Assembly (NCBI RefSeq): GCF_026571515.1
Contig: NW_026864613.1
Location: 62,001 to 126,000, forward strand
Direction of reading: 5' to 3'
Length of the DNA: 64,000 bases
Origin: Ruditapes philippinarum
Taxonomy: Eukaryota
How positions within the stretch are numbered: the first letter of the stretch is position 1; every line of letters begins with the position of its first letter. The position numbers and the translations under genes were made by a program. The notes beneath the pieces were generated by a model. The model saw only the letters and a list, made by a program, of their open reading frames with translations. It had not been told where the DNA came from and did no database searches. This document shows, piece after piece, positions 41,394 through 55,159 of this stretch.

Positions 41394-44243
41394 ACTTATC
41401 TTGTATAGACATGTGATATGCCCTAAACACGCATATGGTTACATATTTAAATTGCATGTATTTTGTTGTTTCACGTTTTCTTTTTAATTCCATATCACTA
41501 AATAGAATTATAATTGTACTTTTTCTAGATTTATTATAACTATAATCACATTATATTAATTATGGAAAACGAAATATATGTTATATACAATACAACAACG
41601 ATGTTTTGCAGTATCAAAATAAATGTCGTAATGAACATTTTTTCCATTCTTTCGTTATTTTATTGTGCTTCTATTCTATTTTGTCATGAAAACCTACATA
41701 AATAAAGCTCCTTCTTGTAAAATACAAATGGAATGGAAATAAAGTTAATGACATTTAAATGTCCTTAAGCACTGCCTCTTAAAGATTGAGCAATTAATAA
41801 TTGATAAAATCGAAATCAACTTTATCTTAATATAAGACAGAGCAAAGTCTCAAAGGAATTATATAAAACTATACAATTTGTATATGCAAGGAATATTTTA
41901 TTTCGTAAAACTATCAAGATTTACATAAAACTTCTATTTTATCAAGTGCTTCTTATTTACAATTCTATTTCCATTATCAGGATTCAATTTAAAAGTGAAA
42001 TTGAGTGGTTAAAAGTAAGCTCACAATTTCTATAGCGAGACAGTATAAACAAGCTGACGACATGTAAAAGCTGTACTTAAATACAATGCACTCAATGTTT
42101 CTATAATTTGATATTTAAATTTCAAAACCTACAAAATGCATTTATTAACCCAGTCGGCTTTTCAACAAAACAATTGTGGCATGAATGACTAAATCGTGAT
42201 TCATCAGTTTTATTTCGTAAGCGTAAGTTGTAAGACCTAGAAATGATATAACCTTGTTTCACAAAATCTTTCTGTTTCCTTGTTTCCAAAATGTTACTCG
42301 TGGACTTTATTGCTGAACCTTTTCCTTCCCCCTTAACATTTTGAAATTTAATGCAGTTTAAGTGAATAAGTATTTTGTATTGACATCAAATACTCAACAT
42401 TTCTATTATATAAAAAAGAAACTTTTATCATTTTTAATGTTTATTTATTTGATAACTTTACAACTGCATAAGTTTTTGTATACCAGTTTTGTATTTATAT
42501 TAACTGGAAATGAAATATTTCCAATCAAGTCTTTTTTGTTGGATAAATACAAATGTTGTACGAGTTCAATTTATCGAATGAAATGTTTAAACTTAGTCGA
42601 AGTACCACTTTGTTTACATTTGGATACTTTTTAACACATTATTCTTACTCAGTGAATGGTTTCAATTGTCAAAATTCTCTAAATCCATTATCAAAATAGT
42701 ATAGACATGTTTGAGCTTTTTAAAGAAGACAAATGTACTCATTTCTGAGGAGGTTATGCGTGCGTTTAAGTACTTGTCAACCAGACAATGAATGATTGTC
42801 AATGCTCAAGCAACTACACAACGTAAAAATCCTTGCACTTTTTCATTATCACTCTTGTACAGACTCAGTCAAGTCAAGCCGAGTCTGCAATTTTCGTGTA
42901 ATTCATGTAATTATAGAGACAAGCCTACTAATGTTCAACAATTATAGTAATAGTAATATACTTTTCTTTGCACGCATATGACACTTAGCACTTTACAAAC
43001 AATGATCTTCAATGTTCTTAATGCTCGTACAAATTATGATCAATGGCATACTCTTATTTTACGTTTTTAAGTGTAGTAATATAGAACTAGAGAATTCCTT
43101 TCTGTTATAGCACGAGTTAAACTTTGTGATATTGTTCAATTAACGTTGTTTGCAAATGTAATTTAAATAAATGTGAATATTTTGTTTTCTTAGTCTAATT
43201 AGTCAATAAGACTGTATAGTCCGTCTTTTCTATTAATAATTGTACAACTTATTTTACAAGAATTAAATGTTTAACAAAAATCATCCTCGGCTTTTAGTAT
43301 TTGATTTTCGTGATCAATGTGTATATACTACAATCTACGATACAATATTCACAAAAGGTCATTCTCAAATTTCATAAAGTGCGATGAATATGTGTGCCGA
43401 TGATTAGTAAATTAAACAAACAGTAAAAATCTTTTTTCAAAACACATCAAAAATATAGTTAATTATAATTTTTTTTTTAAACACATCATTAATATAGTTA
43501 ATTAGAAAGAGTACAAAGCATATGCTTACCGTTGATTAAGCGCAATTAATAATGACGTTATGATGCATTGTCGTCCTCTTATGCGTGAAACAATTGATAT
43601 TAATGATAATGAATTTGATCATCTACGCGGAAAGTTTAACATAACTAAAAATGCAAAAGGGATTGATTTGAACAGTGATTTTATTCTTTAATGCACATAT
43701 TTCAATGTTTCTGATAATCGCATTTTGCATGAAAAATCTTGAACAACAAACTGAAATTAAAGATTTTAGCATATCATTCAAAAGAAAAAAAAGGGAAAGA
43801 AATGCAATGCTTCACGCGTGTTCAATAAAAAATTACGTATCAAAGTTATATGTAAATATTCAGGTTTTTCAAAAATCAAACATTAAGGTTAGCCAGTTGT
43901 AGCATATTTCTGACTCATAAGCCATGATGTGAACTTTCTTTAAATATGTGACTATGTATATAGTAGTTCTTGAAAGTCAAACGAAAGTTTTGCTGCACTC
44001 AACACGTTCCACCTTAGACACATTAGGATCACTGTACTGACATGACGCGAAGCTCAAGGGATTAACTATTATCTAACTTCTAAACGTTAATTGATGAAAG
44101 TGCCAGACTTGTTAATATTCTAATTGGTCACCGAAATCATATAATATAGACCCAGGCTTATATGATACATATTTTACAGCAAGAACAACGTTTAGACTAT
44201 GGGGATAACACAATTATAATCTGTTTGTTTTTGCTTTAAAAAA

Positions 44244-44278
44244 TGCACTGATGAAGGCATATAGCCGAAACGTATGCA
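44244..44278 (+). ncRNA. Minimal type I hammerhead ribozyme (Penelope-like element type)
   Basis: tgca-CTGATGA-a-ggc-atata-gcc-GAAA-cg-TA-tgca. The catalytic core is complete, with stem I tgca/tgca, stem II ggc/gcc and palindromic mini stem III ACGT. Predicted cleavage is after GUA (44274); AATAAA follows. Confidence 0.7.
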
Positions 44279-44318
44279 ATAAATAATTACTGAATGTTCG
44301 TGTTTGTGTGGCTTGTCT

Positions 44319-45204
44319 CACGGGGGAGGAAGTGTTACACGAAAGATGGAGTTCTTATGATAACTTGTTTGGAGTTCTTATGATAACTGTCACTGAGTTC
44401 CTGGAAAACGTTACGGATTTCTGTGGAAAACTTTTCTATATACTTGGAGAACTCGCGTAAAAAATGGTTATTTTTAACTTTAAATGAGGAGTTTGAGGTG
44501 CTAAATTAAACTTTGATAATTAAGCTTGCCCTACATATTGTATTTTGTTTCAGAAAAAATCCTTTAGTTCATTTTGTCGCCTTTTTAAAAAAAATCTGGT
44601 AGTTTTGAGAAAAATTTCCGAATTACTCGCTAATTCGTACATATTGACCTTTTCATTTGTGATCTTCTTCGTTGCTATACTTAATTACCTAATTATTATG
44701 GAGAGTTGCAAACATAAAGCCCACGCTAATAAATTTATACCTGATTTTTCAAATGTTACGGAGTAACATTTGAAAAATCGGGTATACATTTATTAGCCCG
44801 GGCTTTATGTTTGCAACTCTCCACTATAATTAGGTGATTATGTATAGTAACGAAGAAGATCACAAATAAAAAGGTCAATATGAACGAATTAGCGAGTAAT
44901 TCGGAAATTTTTCTCAAAACTACCAGATTTTTTTAAACGGCGACGAAATATGGACAAAAAGATTTTTTTCTGAAACATAATACAATATGTAGCGCAAGCT
45001 TAATTATCAAAGTTTAATTAAGCACCTCAAACTCCCCATTTAAAGTAAAAAATAACCATTTTTTACGCGAGTTCTCCAAGTACATAGAAAAGTTTTCCAC
45101 AGAAATCCGTAACGTTTTCCAGGAACTCCGTGACAGTTATCATAAGAACTCCAAACAAGTTATCATAAGAACTCCATCCTTCGTGTAACACTTCCTCCCC
45201 CGTG
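44319..45204. mobile_element. 886-bp spacerless foldback DNA transposon, Transib-like
   Basis: Termini CACGGGGGAGGAAGTGTTACACG...CGTGTAACACTTCCTCCCCCGTG, 5-bp TSD TGTCT (44314-18 / 45205-09), and ~440-bp arms meeting at aatgttac-gga-gtaacatt (44761). Confidence 0.9.
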
Positions 45205-48200
45205 TGTCTGTTTATTTTGTTTTTGCTTACACATTTTAACCAAAGTATTCAATTATCAACATTAAATTGTATTGCTATGTGCGTGTTTTAATGCTTTTAA
45301 TCAAACACAAATAAATGCACAATTTATTTACTGAATTCAAGATAAACTTTTATGCAATTCTTTCTTAGATATGCATTGACTAAACCTATTTGTAAATTAT
45401 TTCTCCTGATAGAACGGTTATAATCAATAATTTGTATATTTTACTGCTTTGTTCAATGAGATATCGGATATTGATAATGATCGTCTGTAGCGAGCTTTGG
45501 AAAAAAAAAGAAAATTTACCATATAAAAGGAAATGTCAATAATTGATATCCATTAATATAATTGTGAAACAGCATTTGTTTCATCATTATTAAAGTCTAA
45601 CCTTTATTTACAGCGCAAACAATCAAATGCTCTTGTCATTGTGTTCATGATTTAATTGAGGTATACATGTTTCCCATTACCAATACTGGACTTTTCGGTA
45701 ATTGACTTAAAATAGTTTTAGACGTCGTAAATAACTGACTTGGGAAAATAAGCTCAATTTTAGCAAATGATACCGATGAGTGATACCCTTATTTGATTAC
45801 ACATAACCTGTTTATTGATAATATGGACATTTAAATTTAAAAACCGAGCAAATTGTATTAATGGCTACTTTCTTAGTTATGATAAGCATGATCTGATATA
45901 CTGCATGCAATAAATACACAAACATAATACATGTAATTTGGTCAAAATAGACAATATTTAGCATTTTAGGACTATATGTCTCTTGAAACAGCAGCTGAGC
46001 ATTTTATTTAAAACATGTCGACAGCGCTTTAGAAAATCTTCAGTACTGTTCTTTTGCAATATAAGCTCATGCAATTCAACATTTCTCCGATATTTGCAAC
46101 TCGTTTATTAAATGAAGCCTTTTAGGTTATGTCCCAGATTCACACACATCATTCTCCATCTAACTAAGTGCTTCATATTTCAAAATCAAATTCCATTATC
46201 AATATTACGTTTCTCAACATGGAATGAAGTGAATTATGCCTTAGATTCGATGCTACATCAAATATATATTTTACAATGTTTTCCACAGGGACAGTGTCAA
46301 ATAAGCGCGCATTTTGTTAAAGAAACACGTTGTCGACAGAGAAAATTTTCTTTAAATGATACATATATGTACACTTATTATACAAAAGACATCAACTGAA
46401 TGTAACTAATAAAGCAATGCATTAATTGCATATTGAATAATTATTTGGAGACCATCTTATATTTTCCTCAAATAAGCAAAACACAACTGTACCTTTGATT
46501 CTGAAAAATGCAATCAAATATATTGTATATGCGGACAGCAATGCAATTTAAAATGCACTACGTATTCGCCCTTTTATAGCCTCAATACTTAGATATTTCA
46601 AAGAAAACTTGCTAACGGCATAAAATGAAACAAATATGAACAAGATATGTGAATACCAAAATTAAATCCGACAAACAATTCCCAGTAGAGTGATTTACAG
46701 AATGCGTGTAGCAATCCATACAAAAGTTGATTAATGTAGAGATACTAAAAACTCGACAATTAAGATATCGGTAAACGGAGACAGGTTTATTGTAGCTTCA
46801 ATTTGCAAGAATTAGAACTATACTTGCTCGTCTGTTCATCTCATTTTGTAGTACGTTAATCATTGTACATTGACAGTAGGAAACTCTAATTACAATAAAT
46901 AAAACAACAACAAAGCAACGTGCTGAATAAAGAACTTGAAAATAAATCAAGTGACAATAAAAATATGTTTCCTGAGATTTTTATAAGCATTCCTTTGCGT
47001 TTTTTTTTATTTTCTTTTGAAATTGCAATTGATATATTACATAAACGATTATATATTTATAGATTTCGATAACTGCGGCTAACCTATCACGATAATAAAC
47101 CTGTGACATTATCAAACATTTCTTTCTTGTTTGTGGTACAAACATCTTTCGCTGATATAGCCTCATCTACAACAGCCTATCGGTTTTTTTTTATAAACCA
47201 TCATCTTTATTCTCCAATCAATATAATTATTATTTTTTATACTGTTATGGTTAAAGTTACATTAAATAAATATGTAAAAATATTTTGCCGTCGACCTAAA
47301 AATCAAGCATTTTACAGTATCAGTAACCTGTTTAACAGTATTGTTGTAAATATCATCAAATATTGTTCATAAATTAGGATTTAAAACGGAAAACCCCACG
47401 GTAACACTAAAGTTCGTATACGAATTTTAACATGCAAATGAAGATTATAATCGGCTTGTGTATGCGCTACGTCACAGTGTTATAGCAGCTCAAATATGAA
47501 ATTTTCTTGTGCAAACACATTTTAACCGTTTAACTTCACGGTGCATTAGGCCCGATGTTCAGTAAAATGTAATCATCTCATAAAATCAGAATGAATTTGT
47601 ATGAAAACATCCGTTACAATGCGGAAATATACCGTTAAACTAGAACTGCTACTTATAGTCATGTTTGTTGATTTAATATTGATGTACGCATGATCTGAAG
47701 GCGGAGTTTCTCATGCAAACAGATATTGTACTTCCGAATTCGCCACAATGAGGTTGTCCATTTTTATGCTTATAAAACTCATTTTGGTTGTCTGGACACC
47801 AAAATAAGATCTGGAGTCGATATGAAACCCAATTTATTAATGAAATGTCGCTATTTCTCTTTTTATGAATTTTATTAAATGTAACTTTAAATCATCCGAT
47901 AAAAATGTTTAAATACAGGTATGCTAATGTATGTACACAAAGTGAAACATCCACGTTAGAATTTTCTTATGTGAACACATTGATAAATATGAGGAACGAC
48001 AAGAGTCTGTTTGAATAAAAAAAACACGTTATTGCAACTTTATTCCCTTGCGTGTCAATATTAATTACTTTCTCATATTTAATATATTTAAATCTGGATC
48101 TGGAAACCTCATAGGTATATTACATACCTATTCTTTCCAATTTGTATTGTTGAAATCACTCCTATTTTACGTTAATATTAGATATAAGTCCTTCAGCACC

Positions 48201-50989
48201 ACTTTCTCAAGAAAGAGTTATTAATAATTAATAAAGGAGAAATGAACTTCTTTTCAATTAAAGAAAATACACTTATGGGTATTCAGTACATTACACTATT
48301 AGTATTCGCAGATATTTGCAGATATTCAATAAAATAATCGTCTAACATTGGTGTGGGAATGAATAATTTTGATCAATATTATATAAAAACGAACTCAAAG
48401 GCAACATATTACCTAAACTGAACTGTCCAAAAAGCCTTTTCATTTATAATATTCATGACTACCAGTTAATCGAATCACATACATATGAACATAGCCTCTC
48501 TCGAGACTTAAAAGTACTATTTTACTCTATACATTCATTATATAAGGACATTATGCAAAGATTTCCCTTTGCAGCTAGAGGACCAGCAGAAATATAAAAT
48601 ATTTAGTGATTAAATACAAGGAAACGTTTCATATCAATGCCATTCCCTTGAGCTGTAGATGTTATATTACAAGTCTGTAAGTTAGTTCAGTGATACTACA
48701 ATAACTTCATGTGTATGATTTATGTCCTTGAATACAGGGATACAGATTAATTTAATGTCACACTTATTTTCTTTTTTTCTTCTATTGTTATATCTTCTGA
48801 TCTTTCTGCGAAAAAAGAACCTCTTTTATAATCAGAAATCTTTCAGGAAATAATCATTCAAACAGTCTAGACGCAATGAGCAAAACTAATATTTTTGTAT
48901 TAATAAAATAAACCCAGAACTATGTTCTGTAACAGGTAATGAGTCGAGATATTTAATAGAATTAACATAATGATGAATATTGTCAAAAAATACTCATTAA
49001 TACAATATAGATTTTCATCTCGATCAAAAATATTAAATGAAAAATAAAATAAAGTAAATAATGAAATCTGTAATTAACAATCAAACAGAGCATGTATAAT
49101 ATTCAAGTGTGCCATGCTGAGCAAACATAAATCCATTTTCTTTTGAATATAGTTTTCGGTACTACAATTTTCAATAAAATACATATACAATGTAAGTACA
49201 TTTTCATATTCTAATTAATAATACTGATTTATTTATTTAACATTTAATAGCATGTTAGATTCTTAGAAATATATACAATATTCAAGTACAGTATATATTT
49301 TATCCAAATATCAAAAAGGAAGAGCAATTATAACAGGCTAATGTAATATCGACAAGAATAGAATTGCGTTGCGGGTAATGTGATTTGTAGGGAAAAGCTA
49401 TCCATAAAACTGGACTTATAATAGATTAGGTGTAAGAGATCAATTACGGTCCATTTTCAGACATTTTGCGAAAGTATAACACAATTACTTCGCTACGATA
49501 TGCACTCTGGTGAAAACGAGTGGCTACACATTGACCCAAATCACCAAATATCAATGACGTACAACACATACAGTATCAGGTATGATCGAAAGTTACATGT
49601 GGAAAGTGGAGAAAATTTTGTTGTTCTAGTTCGATCGAACGTATCACTGACTTTACACATGAGTGTTTCTGATTTATTTGTTTTATAAAATGTTTGTCAT
49701 AAATTTTGGAACTATTTTGTAAGTTCACATCATGCCCTCAAACCATAAAACTGTAAATTAACTAACTTCTATTAGATGATGAGCGCAAAGATACATTAAG
49801 ATACATGCAAATAGAAAACGAACGAAAGATTAAGGTTTAAAAATACACGTTTTATTCCAAAAGTTGACTCAATACATTGAAGCAATCATTTTGTGTTTCT
49901 GTGAGTTACATTATTTTCGACATGGCACATTTTCCTCATTGTATACCTCTCGAAAACTAGATGATTTATTTAATGATAACTTCCCGCGCATCAGGTTGAT
50001 TGGCAGTCTGCAGGATTGAATGTCGACCTAACTTGTTTACCAAACGGATTGGATGCGCTTCAATTAAAGAAATTGACAAGACATGCGCTGCTGGAGAAGT
50101 TTAATTTTCTATCAAATTCGATTAATACTGTATTAGAAAGATTCGAATGACTTAGTTTGTAGGGTAATGTAGGAGCAATAGCAACATATATCTGAATATT
50201 ATAAGCAAGAATCTTCTTTAACTTATCATGGCAAATCTAGATATTATTCTAACTTAAACGGACAGAAAATAGAGAAAACCAGAATCTGTGCGGTAAAAAC
50301 ATAATGGAATATTCAGAAAAAAACATGTTTTAAGAAACATATTATTGATACTTTTTGTTTTTACTTTTGCTAATTCATGACATTATTTCAATCATATGAT
50401 TTATATCTCAAGTGAATATAAAATGGCCGATAAGAATTGAAAGTCAAACTGTAGTTCGACTTAAAATGAAACCCATCTTATAGACGTTTCGGATAAGCAA
50501 CTTAAATAACAAAAAAAATCAAAACAATACGATCTTGAATGGACACCGGGATGAGCAAATCTTCTTTCAGCTACTATACAAATAAATCTGATATTTTCAC
50601 TGTATTTCATAATTGTTCTAAAAACTAGAGAAAATAAGGAACGAACTATCTTTATCTTCAGAAAATGTTTCACAGTGTGACAAAGCAATTAAAATGCCGA
50701 ATATAGAAATCAAATCTTGAAGGCTTCAATTTGTTAACAATTAGATAATAGTTTTTCTATAAATTCTTTGTTGCGTAACATTCTTCTGGCTTATCGACAT
50801 TTAACACGGAAGTCTGTCCGACAAACAAAGATTTATTACCTGCTAAACATGAAAACTCGTAGGAATAATTGATAATCAATAAATGTCTCTTGTTCTGCTA
50901 TTTAGTTTTATCGTGACACTTTATTGTGACATTAAGAAGAAGTTGTAAGGCTTAGATAATGGCAATATAGATAAGACGCTTCTAAAGAA

Positions 50990-51100
50990 TAATCATTCCC
51001 TGCGGTCTGGAGACCGCAGGGTATTAGTACGCGTTTAACTTTTGAGGCATGGAGGAGCACGTGACCGGTTTTCGGTACATGGAGGAGCATGTGATCTGTA
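50990..51100. mobile_element. Terminal hairpin of a probable Helentron/HINE-type element
   Basis: Perfect 11-bp stem ccctgcggtct-gg-agaccgcaggg followed by tattag, then a direct repeat catggaggagcaygtga x2. The far end was not located. Confidence 0.4.
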
Positions 51101-53192
51101 AACCGTACATGATTGGTTAATTGACCTTTTCGAAAACCTAGCTAAATACCGTTTGCCGGTACGTTACGGATTTACCTGTAGGGAATTAGTCCGAATTACA
51201 CCTAATTAAGAACAAAAAACTATTACGTGATATTTCTAATTTTCTATAATTATTTTACCGTTTAAGGTGGAAAAACTTGAATGATGTGTTTGAAAATTAT
51301 CAATGTTTCTTTAATATCTATCTCAAATTTTACAAACAATAAATTGTTTATACTGAAAATCTACAAAATTAAAATATTTGTAGTGGCATCTGCCATAATA
51401 AATAGAGATATTTTCTGCGTAAACTTGTGTGTTTACTTTATTTATTGTTTGCTCGGAATTATTCATAAAATGGTAGGCCTATTTAATCATTTTCTTAAAA
51501 AGAAATAATTGTTTTATGTTCGACCTTCTCCGGTCTTCAACGGTCACCAGTTTCCAAAGACCTTCTTCTATATTGATCGTTTATTCAATTGTCAACTATA
51601 TTCCTGATACAAACGTTTATTTATTCCCCATCCCCAAATAATGTTGAAAATAGTTAAATGAAATATCTTTATATCATTAAAATGTTCACCACAGGAAACC
51701 ATTTTACTTGTACTCTCTTTACATTCAATGTGTATATAACACTGCATGTTTTAATAAAATTGTCTTTTAATATGGTAGAAACACATCTGTTTGGTAAGTT
51801 TTATTTTATACTGACATTATGAAGGTTGTAAAGTGGATCGTTACGAGAGATGGTGGACGTCTGGTGTATAGTAGAAAAAGAAGCTGAAAATAGTTAAGTT
51901 GTGACATCAAAAAACATTAAATATTCGTTTCAATAAATAACTAAATTTTGTAGTAAAATTAGTGTAAAGAGAAAATATTATGCCTGTTATAGCTTTAAAT
52001 CGTCACCATAACATCCTTTGAAACAATGTTGTATTACACTGTTTTATCATTTTATTACACAATATCAAATAAAAATAAGCAACAACAACAACAAAACATA
52101 ACCATCCTCCGACAAAAATCAACAAAACGACAGAACACCCCCCCCCGCAAAAAACAGAGAGAGAAAAGACAACACAACAGCATTAACGACCCGCTACTTA
52201 TTTTTCGTGGGAGTCAATACCGGTATATTGCAATGAAAATTTCTCGTACTTTAGATTCATAATCTTATAAATGACAACTTGAATTATTTCGTACACTACC
52301 AGTCAACATATATTAGAAAAGAAATAACACCATGAAAATAAAATCAATAAACATGCCCCTATATTGGCTGCTCCCATTCAAACGATGCAAAGAAATATAA
52401 ACATACCGGTACTTGATTAATGCAATATTTGCATGTTACCAGGATTATGCTTTTGGATGAATCAATGTTTCGCTTACATAAGAATATGTTCCATATAAAT
52501 TCAAATCAATCATTAATGAATATGTGATTTATCAGAAAAGAAACGCTATTACCTTCCAATCATTGTCATTAGATTTAAACAGCAACAAGCTTATAATATA
52601 CATGTACAATTATTGTATGGTGATGAGGATCAAAGGACTTGGCTAATGTGAATATCATATTAGCATGGTCTTCACCGATTTTATTATATGACCAAATTAA
52701 AATTCTTCATTTGGCAAGTTTCCCTTTTCACGAAAACAAATCCTAAGAAGCGTAGAAGTTGTAAACCTTTTTTTGGGCAAGCGTTTCCATTTTAAAGCGG
52801 GTATATAAATGTTTCTAAAAAGCGCATCAAATCGCTTTTTTAGTTTAGGTTTTACTCTCTGAGAAAAAATGCTGTCTGAATCTCTAATTTACACATGATG
52901 TATGTTTTATGTAACGTTGTTTTTGATTGGTCGGCTTGTACCCTACATGCCGTAAAGCCATTAACGATTGGTTTCTTATAAAAGGTTTAATGTAGCACAA
53001 CCCATGATGTTACAATAGTTGTAGTGTTATAATTTCAAAATTTCATCTTTACTAGAATTGTTTTACCTTAAAGTAAATTGTTCTACAATGGACACATTTT
53101 CAAAGTGTATTTCAAATTTTGACAAAAAACTATACAAATGAATTACTTGGGTATTTTTATAAACTACTGCTCAAGGATAAAAAACGTTGATA

Positions 53193-53279
53193 GGCTCCTT
53201 GCCACTGGTTCTTGTTGCTAGGTCGTGTGGGCGTTGCGTTCATTGAACGCCGCCTTTCCTTGTTGATCTTCTTTATCAT
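53193..53279 (+). repeat. Interspersed repeat fragment (copy 2 of 8769-8853)
   Basis: Ungapped similarity to 8769-8853. Confidence 0.8.
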
Positions 53280-53626
53280 TTTTAAGTGATTTAGTAATAA
53301 CATTTTTTTTAATGAATAATGATATTTTTTCTAGACATACTAATAATCTGATGCATAATTATATGATACCGGATCATGTATTTCACACTTGCCTAAAACA
53401 TCTACATATAATTCTTTTGTGGTTTATTATGTGCGATACTAAATTCTATCAATTATTTATCGTATAACAGGCGTATGTCTAGTGTAGACCAATTCACTTT
53501 AAACGTTAATAAATGTATTTGCACTAGTAATGCATTTAAACTGAACATTTTACAGTTTTTCAAAAGTTTAAACACCATGCTTTTAGATTAAGTGAATTAA
53601 TTCACAGAACTTGTCATACAAATATT

Positions 53627-55159
53627 TATGGAACGCCGTGACTGTCTTATGTAATCAATGTTTTTGTTATCTTGTGAAACGATGATATTATTTTGTCGTA
53701 TGAGCATGTTAACATGTGCAATTTATATCATGTCTTGTCAAAGGAACATGCTTACATGTACAAACATCATGTTAACTTGTCAAATTATTATGATGACATG
53801 TGCAGACAACCTGCTAACTTGTCAAAGTATCGTGATGACTTGTGCAAATGACATGGTAACTTGTCAAAGTATAATGATGACTTGTGCAAATGACATGGTA
53901 ACTTGTCAAAGTATAATGATGACTTGTGCAAATGACATGGTAAATTGTCAAAATGTATTGATGACTTGAGCAAACGACATGTTAACTTGTCGAAATATTG
54001 TGATGACATGTGCAAACAGCTTGTTAACTTGTCAAAATGTCATGATGACTTGTGCAAACGCCAAGTTAACTTGTCAAAGTATAATGATGACTTGTGAATA
54101 GGACATGTTGACTTGTCAAAGTATAATGATGACTTGTGCAAACAGCATGTTAACATGTCAAATAACCATGATGATCTGTGAAGACAACATGTGAACTTGT
54201 CAAAGAATCGTGATGACTTGTGCAAATGACATGTTATCTTGTATCATGCTGACATGTCAAAACGTACTGTTAACTTGTCAAAGTATTATGATAACTTGTG
54301 CAAATGCCATGCTAACATGTCAAAATTCCATGATGACATGTGTAAACAGCATGTTAACTTGTCGAATTATCGTTATGACATGTGCATACAGCAAGTTAAC
54401 TTGTCCAAGTATCATGATGACTTGTGCAAACGACATGTTAACTTGTCCAAGTATAATGATGACTTGTGCAAATGCCATGCTAACTTGTCAAAATTTCATG
54501 ATGACATGTGCAAACAGTATGATAACTTGTCAAATCATCGTGATAACATGTGCAAACAACATGCTAACTTGTCCAAGTATCATGTTAACTTGTCAAAATT
54601 TCATGATGACATGTGCAAACAACATGTTAACTTGTCAAGGTATCGTGATAACATGTGCAAATGCATTGGTAACTTGTCAAAATATCATGATGACTTGTGC
54701 AAACGACATGTTAACTTGTCAAATTATCATGATGACTTGTGCAGACAACATGTGAATTTGTCAAAAAATCGTGATGACTTGTGCAAAACACATGTTAACT
54801 TGTTAAGGTATTATGAGCATGTCATCACAATAATTCGACAAGTTAACATGCTGTTTGCACATGTCATCATGAAATTTTGACAAGTTAACACGTCGTTTGC
54901 ACAAGTCATTATGATATTTTGACAAGTTAACATGTCGTTTGCAAAAGTCATCATGATACTTTGACAAGTTAACATGTTGTCTGCACATGTCATAATGATT
55001 ATTCGACAAGTTAACATGCTGTTTGAACAAGTCAGCATTGTCTTTAGACAATATATGATGTAAATTGCACATGTTAATATGCTTAAATGACAAAATAATA
55101 TCATCATTTCACAAGATAGCAAAAACATTGATAGCATAAGGCAGTCACGGCGTTCCATA
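53627..55159. mobile_element. 1.5-kb non-autonomous TIR element with internal 42-bp satellite, IS3EU-like
   Basis: Termini TATGGAACGCCGTGACTG...CAGTCACGGCGTTCCATA flanked by AATATT on both sides (6-bp TSD; palindromic, so the boundary is ambiguous). Internal 42-bp units (2x21) invert at about 54810. TAY...RTA ends with 6-bp TSDs are recalled IS3EU signatures. Confidence 0.85.

Noticed and set aside
44319-44345. V(D)J RSS heptamer-spacer-nonamer in the TIR
   Set aside because: Only CAC is convincingly shared. The putative nonamer ACACGAAAG matches 5/9 at an 11-nt spacing and both ends are symmetric, so there is no 12/23 asymmetry.
53658-55158. Cys/Met- or His-rich repeat proteins (ORFs up to 213 aa)
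   Set aside because: They are overlapping frames on both strands of a 42-bp satellite inside a TIR element.
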